From Centroscyllium fabricii (taxonomy: Eukaryota): 64,000 nucleotides of DNA. Under the pieces are notes generated by a model. The model was given only the letters and a program-made list of their open reading frames with translations. It made no database searches and had not been told where the DNA came from. Of this stretch, positions 51,673 to 64,000 are shown in pieces. A program made the translations under genes and the position numbers. Position 1 is the first letter of the stretch. Each line of letters starts with the position of its first letter. Where the stretch lies: NCBI GenBank assembly GCA_051313645.2, contig JBNRSN020000003.1:219294001-219358000 (forward strand), given 5' to 3'.

Positions 51673-52785
51673 CATACCTTAGAATGAGGCACCAACCTAG
51701 TGAAGCTACAACACGGCTACCTGTATGTTAAATAGAAGGAGCAGAAAACTATAGATAGAGCTAATTGAATCCAAAACAGATCAGAGTAAAGTACTATAGC
51801 CCTATCACTTCCAGTAGAGAAGGTGGTGGACGTTCAGGCAACTAACAGGAAGAAGGGACTCATGAACAGCACCATCCTGAACTATGGCAAAGCCCGGCAC
51901 GTGAATGCAAGGAGCAAGGCTGAAATGTTTACCAACATCTTCAGTGAAAAGTGCCAATGAGACAATTCCACTCGGCTTCCTCCCAAGGTCCCTAGAACTA
52001 GCTGCTCCCCTAGCTATGACACTGGCATCTATCTACCTGACAATGTGGAAAATTGCCCAGGTATGCCCTGTCCACAAAAAGCAGAACAAATCTATCCAAG
52101 CAAATTATTGCCTTATGAGCTACCCCCAAATCATTAGCAAAGTGATGGAACAAGTCATCAATCTATCATCAGCAACACCTACTCAAAAATAACCTGCTTG
52201 CTGCTGCTCAGTTCAGGTTCTGTCAGAACCATTCAGTTCCAGACTTCATCACAACCTTGATAAAGCATGGCACCAAGGATCCCCAGCAAAATTTATTTCA
52301 GTGGAGTCAAGGGAAAACCCACCAATGACTGAAGTCATCCCCGACAGAAAGTAGGATGTTTGTTGTTCAAGGCCAATCATCGTAGCTCAGGACATCACTT
52401 AAAGTTCCTCAGGGAAATGTCCTTAGCCCAAACATCTGCAGCTGCTTCATCAATGACCTTTCCTCTATAATAAGGTTAGGAGTAGGACTTTTCCGCGTCT
52501 TCAAGTCCATTCACAACTTTTCCAATAATGCAGCAGCCCATGCCAATCTACAGCAGGACCTGGATAACATCCAGGCTTGAGTTGACAAGTGACAGTAACC
52601 TTAGAATCATATAAAAACCAAGTTGTGACCACCTCCAGTAAGAAAAGGCCCAACCAGTTCGCTCAATTTTCAGATTGCCCACCATCAGCTTCCTGAACAT
52701 CAGCATAAGCTTAACTGGATAAGTCATATCACCAATGTGGTACTTTGCAATGAGTGGCACACCTTCTGACTCCTCAAAGCCTCTT

Positions 52786-55700
52786 TGACATAAGAAAACT
52801 ACTAGGCACTTGGTCTAAGTATTAAACAAGGCTTTAATGAACTGTTTTTCAACATGGAGATCTTGTTGTGTTGTTCACTAGTTCCTGTTAAAGAATGTCC
52901 TGAGCAAGCTGGGCCATGCCCGAGTATTTATACTCTCCCTGGACAGCGCCACCAGCAGGCCACCCAGTATTATTTCATAAGTCATTTCCACATGAATGAC
53001 AAGATTTATGTCACTCTTCCCACCTGAAAGATTGAAAGTCAGGCGGCTTCCTTCTACTGAATTAATCGGATTAAGAATAGACGCAGTCATTTGGATCTCC
53101 ATTGGAGGCCGGATGGCACGTCTCCTCGGACCGTGTTTTGGTCCCTGGGTCGCTTCGTTCGTAATGGCCGGCCAGCAGAGTCCTTGTTTGACCTGAGGGG
53201 GACTGGGGAGATCGTGGTTCCGGGTGTGGGCGCCCACCGGTGCAGAGCTGGCTTCATCCTGCTGAGTAGTCGGTGACTGACCAGCGTCCTGGCTTCGGGT
53301 GGCCAACCCGTAGGGTGCGCTCTGTTCCCTGGGTTGATCCGATGGAAAAGCTGGCAGATCCCTTGACGTCCCAGGTAGGGCGTCTTCCTCAGAGGAGCGC
53401 AGGCTATCGATGTCATTAATATGGATCCCACTATCGATTGGGTCCATGGGACCGGTTTGGCAGGGAGCCAGATCCCGAAGTGACACTGTGGATTCCCAGC
53501 CATCAGGGTACCGCACGTGCGCGTACGTGGGATTGACATCCGTCAGTTCCACTTTGTCGACGAGGGGATCACTCTTAGAGGGTTGGACAAATCTTTGGAG
53601 CAGCACGGGGCCAGGAGCTGCCAACCATGATGGTAGGGACGTCCCATGAGTGGAACGATGCTGGAACCCGAAGAATCGTTTGTGAGGAGTAGCGTTGGTG
53701 GATGTAGAAAGAAGATACCTGATGGAATGCAACGCGTCAGGGAGCATAGTTTCCCACTGTTGGTCTGATAGGTTGTGTGACCTCAGTGCAAGATGAACAG
53801 CGTTCCAAACGATGGCATTGTATCTCTCAACCTGTCCGTTTCCAATAGGATGATATGGTGTCGTTTTACTTGTGGCGATTCTCCATTGGGAACGATAACT
53901 TTTGACTTCGCTTGACATGAAGGAGGGACCCCGATCAGAGTGGATGAAATTGGCCGTACCGTAAAGGGAAAAGACCCTGGTCGAGGCATTTGGTCACTGT
54001 GGAAGTAAGCATATTGGGACAGGGGAAAGCAAAGGGAAAAGCTTGAATATTCGTCCACCATAGTAAGCAAGTAGGTGTTTCACATTGAGGAAGGCAATGG
54101 CCCTTTAAAGTCAACGCTGAGTCGCTGCATAGGCTGTGTAACGTGTAAGAGCGAGCTAATCGATGGACAAATTGCGGTTATAATTCTGCGCAAATTCTAC
54201 AAGTGGAGCATGTTCTTTTCATGTCTTCCATAGAAAATGGGAGATTTTTAGATCGCACAAAGTGCAACATATGGGTAACGCCAGGATGGCACAAGTCAGT
54301 ATGAAGATCTGTAAGAGTCAAAGTTGGCATGGAAGAGCAAAAAATGCACACGTGGGGCCACATTCTCTTTGCCGGGTCGATAATGTATGGTGTAGCCAAA
54401 GGCAGTCAATTCCATCCTCCAGAGCTGTATTTTGTTATTCTTGACCTTAGTGCGTTTCCGATTATCCAGCACAAAGGCCACAGAGCGCTGATCAGTTATG
54501 AACGTGAAATGGCGACGAGCGAGAAAATGACTCCATTTACGTACTGGTTCGATGATGGCCATAGCCTCCTTCTTGACAGGAGGATAATGGAGTTCAATAC
54601 CCTGCAAAGTTCTGGACAGAAATGCAACGGGTCGACCGCCTTGATTCAAGGTAGCTGAGATCGTCACCTCCGATGCATCGCAGTCGACCATGAAAGGAAG
54701 ATTTTCGTCGATGGAATGAAGCGTGGCTTTTTCCAGTTGTTTGCTTGAGGAGTTCAAAAGCTGAAATAGCCATCGCGTCCAACGGAAATGACTTCGCGTG
54801 AAGCAGAGGCTGAATTTTGTCAGAAAAGTGAGGTATCCACTTCGCATAACAGGCAAACATGCCGAAGACCCGACGAGGAGAGCCGAGATTTGTAGGAGGA
54901 GGGAGCACCTGAAGTGGACAAAGTCGCTCCAGATCTGGTTTGATGACATCATTGCCCACTCAGTAGCCAAGGATGTTGACTGATGGTACTGATTTCACAG
55001 ATTTGGACTCATTTAAGGTTAAGTTGTGACGACGCAGAACGTCAAGAAATTTCTGGAGGTTGGCATCATGCTCTTTCTGGTCATGATCAGCAATGGTGAT
55101 ATTATCCAGATATGGAAAAGTGTCCGTTAAGTTCTCATGTTTGACTAGGCTGTCCATTGCCCGTTGAAAGATGGCCACCCCACTGGTGACCCCAAATGGA
55201 AGGCGGCGAAACTGGTAAAGTCGACCATTGGCCTCAAAGGCCGTATACTTTTTGTCAGAGTCCTTTAATGGTACTTGATGGTATGCACACTTTAAGTCAA
55301 AAGTTGAAAATACCCTGTAGTTGGCAAGGTTATTGACCATGTCATCGATGCGTGGTAGTGGGTAGGCATCCAGGTCGGTATACTGGTTAATAGTTTGCAA
55401 GTAATCGATGCAAAGACATTTCTTGTGTTGCTTCAGAGGATTTTTAACAACGATGACTTGAGCCCGCCAGGAAGATGAACATGGCTCAATAATACCGTCA
55501 GCTTGAAGGCGAGAGCTTTATGCCTTGATAAAGGATACATCATCTTGGCTGAAACATAGAAACATAGAAGATAGGAGCAAGAGTAGGCCATTCGGCCCCT
55601 CGAGCCTGCTCCTCCATTCAATGTGATCATGGCTGATCATCCAAATTCAGTACCCGGTCCCTGCTTTCTCCCTATACCCCTTGATCCCTTTAGCCTTAAG

Positions 55701-58676
55701 AAATATATCCAACTCCTTCTTGAATATATTTAATGACCTGGCCTCCACCGCCTTCTGTGGTAAAGTTGAATTATTATTATTATTAGAGAGTTCCACAGGT
55801 TCACCACTCTCTGGGTGAAGAAATTCCTCCTAATTTCTGTCCTAAATGGCCTACCCTTCATCCTTAGACCGTGTCCCCTGGTTCTGGACTCTCCGACCAT
55901 CGGGAACATCCTTCCTGCTTCTAGTCTGTCCAGACCTGACAGAATTTTATAGGTTTCGATGAGATCCCCTCCCAGTCTACTAAACTCCAGTGAGTATAGG
56001 CCCAATCGACACAATCTCTCCTCATACGTCATTCCTGCCATCCCAGGTATCAGCCTGATGAAATTTCGCTGAACTCCTTCCATGGCCTTCAGATTAGGCG
56101 ACCAAAACTGCACACAATACTCAAGATGTGGTCCCACCAAGGCCCTGTACAACTGCAGCAAGACATCCTTGTTCCTGTACTCAAACACTCTCGCTACGAA
56201 GGCCAACATACCATTTGCCTTCTTAATCGCCTGCTGCACCTGCATGCTTACCTTCAGCAACTGGTGCACAAGGACACCCAGGTCTCGTTGCACTTCCCCT
56301 TCTCCCAGTCTATTGCCATTTAGATAATAATCTGCCTTCCTGTTTTTGCCACCAAAGTGGATAACCTCACATTTATCCACGTTATATTGCATCTGCCATG
56401 TTTCTACCCATTCACCCAACATGTCCAAATCATCCTGGAGTTTCTCAACATCCTCCTCACACCACACACGCCCACCCAGCTTTGTGTCATCTGCAAATTT
56501 GGCGATATTACATTTTGATCCCTTGTCCAGATCATTTATATATATTGTGAATAGCTGGGGTCCAAGGACCGATCCCTGCGGTACCCCACTAGTCACTGCC
56601 TGCCACTCGGAAAAAGACCCGTTTATTCCGACTCATTGCTTTCTGTCTGCCAACCAGTTCTCTAGCCAAGTCAATACCTTGCCCCCAATCCCATGTGCCT
56701 TAACTTTACACACTAATCTTTTATGCGGGACCTTATCGAAGGCCTTCTGAAAGTCCAGATACACCACATCCACTGGTTCTCCCTTATCTATTTTACCAGT
56801 TACATCCTCAAAAAATTCCAGTAGATTAGTCAAGCATAATTTACCTTTTGTGAATCCATGTTGACTTTGTCCGATCCTATCACTGTTTTCCAAGTGCTCC
56901 GCTACTACATCTTTTACAATGGACTAGCATTTTCCCCACTACCGATGTCAGGCTTACTGGTCTGTAATTCCCCGTTTTTTCTCTACCACCTTTTTTGTAT
57001 AGTGGGGTAACATTAGCTACCCTCCAATCAATGGGTACTGTTCCAGATTCCATCAAAACGTTGTGATTTAGTGACTATGGGCTTACATCGGGGGAAAAGA
57101 TTGGCAAACATGGAGGGCTCATTGAGCGAAGCCGCCGAAAGTGCACAAAACAGTACTTTGGAAATAGTAAGTTCAGGCTTTGGTCCTCCAAACTCGAAAG
57201 TGAGTCATTTGTGTTGTTTCCTGAAATCCTGTCCCAGGAGCACATCATTGCATAGTTTTTTGAGCACCCAGAGCCGGGTAGAAAAATAAGTGTGGCCATT
57301 GAAAATAAGGTCGACAAGACAAAAGCCAGAAGAGTTGGTGGTCAGTGTCGCCAGAGCCATTACAATTTCCCTCTCTGAGGGGTAAATACGCAGTTTTAAT
57401 TTACTGACAGCCCGCTCACTGATGAAGCTGTCAGAGCTACATGAGTCGATTAATGCACTCAAAATGTGTCAATTTACCGAAACTCCCGTGGCTGCATGGG
57501 GCAGGCTTTGGGGGAAAACAGCTGTAACACTAGTAGTGGCTCTTGGGAGAGGAGCAGTTTCATAGATAGCAGCTGCAACACTAGTAGAGGCTTTTGACTG
57601 GCATACTTTAGAAAAGTGACCTTTCTTACTGCAATGATTGCAGGTTGCATTATGAGCAGGACAAAATTTCCTATAATGAAATGCACCTCCACGTAAGAAA
57701 CACTTCATTTTAGATTGCCATGATGCCGCTAGGGTAGGGTTGTCATCAGTGAGGGCTTCCACCTGAGGCTTACCGGGGGAGTCACTAAAAGTGGTAGCAG
57801 CAGTTCGTTCATAAGGTAAAATATAGGCATCTGAATTTTTTTGAGCTAAGTCCAGCGAATATGCCTGGTTATAGGCAGCTTGTAACACAAGGGTTTTATT
57901 TTCCAACAGACGCTGGCATATGAGGGAAGAAGCAATTCCGTTAATAAAAGAGTCACAAATTAATTCCTCCTGGTACTGCTCAGCTGAGACAGCTTTGAGG
58001 TTACAATCTTTGCTGAGCTTGCAAAGCTCTTGGAGGAATTTGTCAAATGATACCCCGGGTTGTTGTTGAGTTGTGGCCAGTAAGTGCCGAGCAAAAATTT
58101 CATTTGGGGCCTCAACATATAGTTGTTGTAATGTTTGGATAGCGGAGTCATAGTCTACACAGTCTTTGCTATAGTTAAACACATGAGGCGATACATATTT
58201 GGCAAGCATTCGTAACTTATTAGGAACATTCTCACCACACTCCTCGAGAAAGTTGCTGAAGGTAGAATGCCAGTGTTTCCATACCTTTGCAACTGTAAGT
58301 GAATTGGGGTCCAGGTCCAGACGTGCGGGTCTGAGTACTTGCTCCATGATGGCTTGATTACTACGTCTGAGTTCTCTTCTACAGTTTGAATTGTAGCTGT
58401 CTGTTCCCAAATCACTCAGAGTGTGGAGTGGGTTGCAGTTGATTAAATTGACATAAGAAAACTACTAGGCACTTGGTCTATGTATTAAACAAGGCTTTAA
58501 TCAACTGTTTTTCAACATGGAGATCTTGTTGTGTGCTTCACTAGTTCCTGTTAAAGAATGTCCTGAGCAAGCTGGGCCGTGCCTGAGTAGTTATACGCTC
58601 CCTGGACAGCGCCACCAGCAGGCCGCCCAGTATTATTTCATAAGTCATTTCCACATGAATGACAAGATTCATGTCA
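52786..58676 (-). mobile_element. Gypsy copy F (divergent relative of B-G), LTRs 52786-53013 and 58449-58676, interrupted by CR1
   Basis: 228-bp LTRs with TGACAT...ATGTCA termini, PPT GGTGGGAAGAG, gag MEQVLRPARLDLDPN, PR LIDSCSSDS, RT YLDN, IN GNGQVER. No clear TSD. Confidence 0.93.
55551..57055 (-). mobile_element. CR1 LINE, 5'-truncated, inserted in the pol of copy F
   Basis: QHGFTKGKLCLTNL, YLDFQKAFDKVPH, SGVPQGSVLGP, KFADDTKL, and a (GAAACATA)n tail. The Gypsy frame KSQRFSQD is rejoined at AAAC. Confidence 0.94.
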
Positions 58677-58799
58677 TTGCTCACCATCTAAAAGGCTTAA
58701 GCCAGGAATGTGATGGACTACTCACCATTTGCTTGCATGCATATAGCTATGACAACACTTAAATAATTCAAAACTATCCAAGACAGAATAATCTGTTTT

Positions 58800-58935
58800 C
58801 AAAAGCAAAATACTGTGGATGCTGCAAATCTGAAATTAAAACAGAAAATGCTGGAAATACTCAGAAGGTCAGGCAGAATCTGTGGAGAGAGAAACAGAGT
58901 TAACGTTTCAGGTCGACGATCCTTCGTCAGAACTG
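58800..58935 (-). mobile_element. Penelope pseudo-LTR fragment with hammerhead motif (58898-58934)
   Basis: Homologous to 22402-22532. The - strand reads AGTT-CTGACGA-AGGATCGTCGACCT-GAAA-CGTT-AACT. Confidence 0.7.
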
Positions 58936-59379
58936 ACCAATCTGTTTGATTGGCACCCTTGCCACTGGACTCAGTATCCACCGCTTCATCACTGATGCTC
59001 TGTGGCTGTAATATGTAATATCTACTGGGTGCACAGCAACAACTCGGCTGGCTTTCCTTGGTAGAACTTCCCAGCTCTGTGACCTCTAATAACATTGAAA
59101 AGGACAAGTAGAGCTAGATCACGGGAACACCATCAACCCCAATATTTGACATGTGACGTTGATTTTCACTATGCATTTGACAACGATACAGTGTGTTGGA
59201 TCCACATGCATCTGGTTTTGTAGTTGGGAAAGAGACTTGTTAATAAAAAATAACATGATTAAACATCTGCAGCCAATAGAATTCAGATTAAATAAGGAAT
59301 GCAAAATGCATTTTAATTTGTACCCAAACTACAATTCTAACAATTCATTGTGGATCATAAATTCATGAAAATATTCTAA

Positions 59380-59994
59380 GGGGGGAAAATTGGCTTGTGC
59401 CCCCTTCGGGGTGCTAAAGTTAGCAGCCCCGCACCTGAAATTAAATGGTAGCACCCCAAGCAGGAGGTGGGGCACTAGTGGAAGCGCTCCCCCTCCCTCT
59501 TGGGGCACTCCCATGCAATATCTCAGTACTATGTGCAGCAGCGCCACGCAGGCCCCCCTCCCCTGATTAAAGGAGACGGACCTAGCGCAGCGTGTACCGG
59601 GGCCCTGCTGGGCCACCAGGGAGTGGATGCCAGCAAACGAGCCCAGCATTCATGGAGAGTGCCGGGCTGATGGATCGCAGCCGGCATTCTGCAGGAGGAG
59701 GTCAGAGGGGGCAGGTGCTGGCAGGCGGCCCAAAGAAAATGGCCACCTGGCATCTGTCTTTTAATTATCAACGCCCGGGCCGCAAGATTGCAGCCGGGGC
59801 GCTGCACATGGTGATGATGTCATCACCGGAGGCGCCGAGCTGTGGGGCGCTACCGGCCACCGCCGCCACTAACCTCCCGCTGAATTTCGCAGGAGGTGTT
59901 AGCGGCACCGCGCCTGTGCGCTAGTTTCTTTGCACCCCTTAGCACCCCCTTCATGCGCTAACAGGAGGTGCAAAGCAACCGAATTTGTCCCCCT
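59380..59994. mobile_element. GC-rich MITE
   Basis: TIRs GGGGGGAAAATT / AATTTGTCCCCC with TAA/TTA-like flanks. Confidence 0.6.
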
Positions 59995-60552
59995 TTAAAT
60001 GTTCAATATGTGTAAGTACAGCAACTTCATGCCATTCCATGTAATTGAATGCCGAGTCTCTTGGCGAGATACCAGTATAACGCAGATTCTGGAGGAGTAG
60101 GGCAACTCGGATAGCAACTTCCTGATTTCTGCATTTAACTGTGCATTTGCAGTCACCAGAAGTTGCTGTCCCATTCACACTTTAATAACAGTGAGAATGA
60201 TAGCCTCACCGTTATTTCTACCTCAAAATCCAGGCCAAAGTTTTCAGCTTGTCAGATCATCTACAGCCTCCGAGGAAATAATTGTAGACTAGCATTGATC
60301 TCCTGATGACTCATGTTCCATCTATGCTCAGTAACAGTTTTTCACTTGACCATTGTGCTGTACCAAATGAGCTTCGTCTGTGTGGCAAAGTATGGGTGAA
60401 AACAATGTCATTTTGACTAAAACAGCATCATCCGCACTGGGATCAACAGGACCTAAGAAAAACCCACAATCAATATTAAAAGGTAAGGAACTTTTCCTGA
60501 GAGCTCGCTTTCAAAATATTAGAATAATTATACCAGTTTTCTTTTCTTTCAG

Positions 60553-60747
60553 ATACCTGCGCTCTTCCTAACAGTAATTCCACCACACAGGACTGCGATC
60601 CTTCCACTACACCTAAATCCTCAACTTTTCTATTTCTGTTTCTTCTGGGGCAGTTGTTACATGGGATTGGAGGAACCCCTATATTCACACTGGGGATTGC
60701 CTACATCGATGACTCTGTCTCTATTGATAAAAGTTCCCTCTATATAG
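60553..60747 (+). CDS. SLCO4C1: Next coding exon (195 bp, phase 1-1) of the SLCO4C1-like transporter; missed by the ORF track
   Basis: Acceptor TTTTCTTTTCTTTCAG and donor AG|GTATGC. Encodes (D)TCALPNSNSTTQDCDPSTTPKSSTFLFLFLLGQLLHGIGGTPIFTLGIAYIDDSVSIDKSSLYIG and splices in frame to the exon ending at 22112 (G+AT = Asp). Confidence 0.9.
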   Translation: MPALFLTVIPPHRTAILPLHLNPQLFYFCFFWGSCYMGLEEPLYSHWGLPTSMTLSLLIKVPSI

Positions 60748-60854
60748 GTATGCTTATATGACGGCTTGACCTTTCACCTGGAATTGTTACATTTGCTTTC
60801 TAAGTGTAGATTACTAATTTTTAGGAAAATTGTAGTACTCTGGAATACAATTCC

Positions 60855-61720
60855 AGATGTTCGCTGATGACTGCACAGTGTTCAGTGCCATTCACAACTC
60901 CTCAGATAATGAAGCAGTCCATGCCCGCATGCAACAAGACCTGGACGATGTTCAGGCTTGGGCTGATAAGTGGCAGGTACCATTCGCACCACAGAAGTGC
61001 CAGGCAATTACTATCTCCAACAAGTAAGGGTCTAACCACCGCCCCTTTACATTCAACAGCATTACTATAGCCGAATCCCCCACCATCAACATCCTGGGGG
61101 TCACCATTGACCAGAAACTTAATTGGACCAGACACATAAATATTGTGGCAACAAAAGCAGGTCAGAGGCTAGGTACTCTGCGGCAAGTGTCTCACCTCCT
61201 GACTCCCCAAAGTCTTTCCATCATCTACAAGGCACAAGTCAGGAGTGTGATGGAATACTCTCCACTTGCCTGAATGAGTGCAGCTCCAACAACACTCAAG
61301 AAGCTCGACACCATCCAGGACAAGGCAGCCATCATGATTGGCACCCCATCCACCACCTTAAACATTCACTCCCTCCATCACCGGCGCATCGTGTCTGCAG
61401 TGTGTACCATCTACAAGATGCACTGCAGCAACTCGCAAGGCTTTTTCGGCAGTACCTCCCAAACCCGCAACCTCTTCCACCTAGAAGGACAAGGGCAGCA
61501 GATGCAAGGGAACACCACCATCTCCAAGTTCCCCTCCAAGTCACACACCATCCTAACGTAGAAGTATATCGCAGATCCTTCATCGTCGCTGGGTCAAAAT
61601 CCTGGAACTCCCTACCTAACAGCACTGTGGGAGTACCTTCAACACACGGACTGCAGTGGTTCAAAAAGGTGGCTCACCACCACCTTCTCAAGGGCAACTA
61701 GGGATGGGCAATAAATGCCC
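60855..61720 (+). mobile_element. LINE 3' part (RT FADD to 3' UTR), clade not assigned
   Basis: ATGTTCGCTGATGAC (MFADD), LGVTIDQKLNW, YKAQVRSVMEYS, WNSLPNS, and an A-rich tail near 61730. Confidence 0.85.
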
Positions 61721-61973
61721 ACATCCCATTAAAAAAAACGAATAAAAAAAAGGGATGTTATGAGATTAATACTGTATGTATATCACATTAATTGTTGAAA
61801 AACAAAAATCAGTTATCAGGCATTATTATTAAAGTGCCAGTTGAAGGGGAGCGTTATTCTGGTTGGCAAAGGGTACTGTTCATCATGCTTACGAGTGAGT
61901 AACATGATGGTGAATTTTCATGCAATTGTGTTTCTAATCTGATTTTGCCAAGAACTTTTTTTCTGAAAACCAT

Positions 61974-63080
61974 GGTCTAGAAATTGGCATCCTTAGCGCC
62001 TCCTGTTATCATCTCCAGGCGGCCATAACAGTGCACTAATGACTTACCGACCGGGTGCAGCAAAACTAGAAACATAGAAAAATAGGAGCAGGAGTCGGCC
62101 ATTCGGCCCTTCGCACCTGCTCCGCCATTCAATATGATCATGGCTGATCCTCTACCTTAATACCATATTCCCCCCTCTCCCCATACCCCTTGATGCCTTT
62201 TGTGTCTAGAAATCTATCTGTCTCCTTCTTAAATGTATTCAGTGACTTGGCCTCCACAGAATTCTGTGGTAGACAATTCCACAGGTTCACCACCCTCTGA
62301 GTGAAGAAATTTCTCCTCGTCTCAGTCCTAAATGTCCTACGCCGTATCCTGAGAATGACCCCTTGTTCTAGACCCCCCCAGCCAGGGGAAAACATCCTCA
62401 CTGCATCCAGTCTGTCTAGCAAGGTCAGAATTTTATACGTAAATGAGCGACTCCTGCTAAATTGGCTGAGAGGTTTGCGGTGGCGTTAACACTTTGCACC
62501 ACGATCTCCTGTGCCCGGAGATCGTGACGTCATTGTTGTGCGCATCGCCCTGGTAGAGCCTTGGACCCGAACTTTGTTTCCGCTCCCTGCAGCATTGGCG
62601 GGCGACAGCACCGACAGCACTGAAAGCACCGGCAGCACCGACAGCACCGGCAGCTGAAGGAGACATTGTTCGGGAAGCCGGGAGCTTCAGAGGTGCAAAT
62701 AAAAGGGGAGGTTGGCGCATCGAGCGATTTTTTTTCGATTGCTCCTGGGCCGCGATCAATCAGCCTGGCACTCTGCTGAAGTGCATGGGGCTGATCGGGT
62801 CAGATCACGGCTGCTGTCGAGGACCAACTAACTCGTCCAATGCAGAGCCGGCAGCAATGACCCTTCTCTTTAAGGGACGGAAGGAGCCTCGGATCGCGGC
62901 AGTGCAACACCACTACCACCCCGCCTGCGTTCTTTAGCGCTCCAGGAAGGAAGTGGCGTGCTTGATTTAGCGCTCCACTCCTTTCCTTGAGTGCTAACAC
63001 TGAATTTCGCGGGAGTTGACAATGATTAGCGCTTGCCGCTTTTTAGCACTCCAACTGGGGCGATACTGAATTTCTAGCTT
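61974..63080. mobile_element. MITE containing a CR1 3' fragment (~62066-62440, - strand)
   Basis: TIRs GGTCTAGAAATT / AATTTCTAGCTT with TSD CAT; related to 38565-39457. The CR1 piece reads FFTQRVVNLWNCLP. Confidence 0.7.
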
Positions 63081-63397
63081 CATGTCTTTTGAAATAGTTG
63101 TGCTTTTGTCATGAAGTAGCATTGGCTGAAGATTTATTCTGTGCACTGAGTGAAGCAAAATTGTAAATGTGCTTATAAGGAATTAAATACGATTTTGTTA
63201 CAGCTCATGGACAGTGGGAATCTTCATCTGTGACTCTAACTGTTATAAACAAAGCTATCAGTACATTTACCACTCTTTCATAGGCACTATTGTTCTATGT
63301 TTTAGAAGTGCTTGTTGCAGGCAGCACAGAAGTAAACATGTTGTGTAGAACTTGCACACACATCATCAAGTTTCACTCCAGTGACATTATGACTAAG

Positions 63398-63566
63398 AAT
63401 AAAAACAGAAAATGTTGGAAATACTCAGTAGGCCAGGCAACCTCTGTGGGGAGAGAAATAAAGTTAACGTTTCAGGTCGATGGCCTTTCATCAGAACTGG
63501 AAAACGGAGTATTTCCAGCATTTTCTGTTTTTATTTCAGATTTCCAGCATCCGCAGTATTTTGTTT
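63398..63566 (-). mobile_element. Penelope pseudo-LTR fragment with short inverted end and hammerhead motif (63462-63498)
   Basis: AATAAAAACAGAAAATGTTGGAAATACTC is inverted against GAGTATTTCCAGCATTTTCTGTTTTTATT. The - strand reads CTGATGA..GAAACGTTAACT. Confidence 0.7.
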
Positions 63567-63669
63567 TTATGCATAAGAATGGCGGCTTTTGGGAAGTGCT
63601 TCTCAGTCACTGGATATGTCACTGGAATGAAATTTCATGATGTCATATCAAAGGGGAATTTTACACAAA

Positions 63670-64000
63670 GGGCTCGATTTTCATCGGGCCATTGAGGGGG
63701 GATTGGAGGCATGTGGGGGGTTGAAATTGCAAAAACTGGCGGGCGGGTGGGCCCAACCCTGCCTCCATCCTGCCTCCAAGCAATGTTCATTAAATCGTGT
63801 TTACTGGTCCCGTCTCCATTCTGCCTCTAAGAGGCGGGAATAGGCCATGAAGGCCTTTAACAAGCACTAAATTGCCTCTTTAATGCCATTTTGATAGGCC
63901 TTTGTGATTTTAATCCTTTTCATACGTGAAGCACGCCTGTTCTGAAACACGGTGGTGAAAACTGGCGGCAGCACAATTGGATTGCTGACTATCAGCTTCA
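63670..64000. mobile_element. Left part of a MITE of the 1648-2505 family, cut by the window end
   Basis: Starts AGGGCTCGATTTTCAT. Internal TAATGCCATTTT..GGCC and GGTGAAAACTGGCGG match 1885-1970 and 34815-34900. Confidence 0.55.

Larger units (their letters stand above)
51680..59100 (+). mobile_element. Old degraded LINE ORF2/3' region (51680-52785 and 58677-59100) split by Gypsy copy F
   Basis: WKIAQVCPVHKKQNKS..NY RT-proximal motif. Sequence parallels 60855-61720 on both sides of the insertion. Confidence 0.65.

Noticed and set aside
46301-51722. ~40-bp similarity between 46301-46340 and 51682-51722 as a giant TSD around the BEL/CR1 block
   Set aside because: The copies are too diverged. 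They are more simply two separate copies of the same LINE family.

Overview
Eukaryotic, vertebrate-type intronic DNA, most likely from a cartilaginous fish (inferred from the repeat repertoire, not proven). The only host-gene sequence I can support is two + strand coding exons of an OATP/SLCO transporter most like SLCO4C1 (21849-22112 and 60553-60747, both phase 1), separated by a 38.4 kb intron. Nearly everything else is nested transposable elements: a ~5.0 kb tandem duplication (1-10865) containing a tRNA-Trp-primed Ty3/Gypsy element; six related Gypsy copies plus one divergent relative; a BEL/Pao fragment; Penelope-like elements with inverted pseudo-LTRs and minimal hammerhead ribozyme motifs; CR1/L2-type LINE fragments; SINE fragments; and many MITEs. 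The strongest signal is that seven Gypsy 5' LTRs have no tRNA primer-binding site. Instead, 1 nt after the LTR there is a 12-14 nt perfect reverse complement of the LTR's own poly(A)-signal segment. This pairing is kept by compensatory changes in six different sequence variants, which points to a self-priming and/or poly(A)-occluding RNA structure. All coordinates were read by eye, no database search was run, and family names come from motif recognition.
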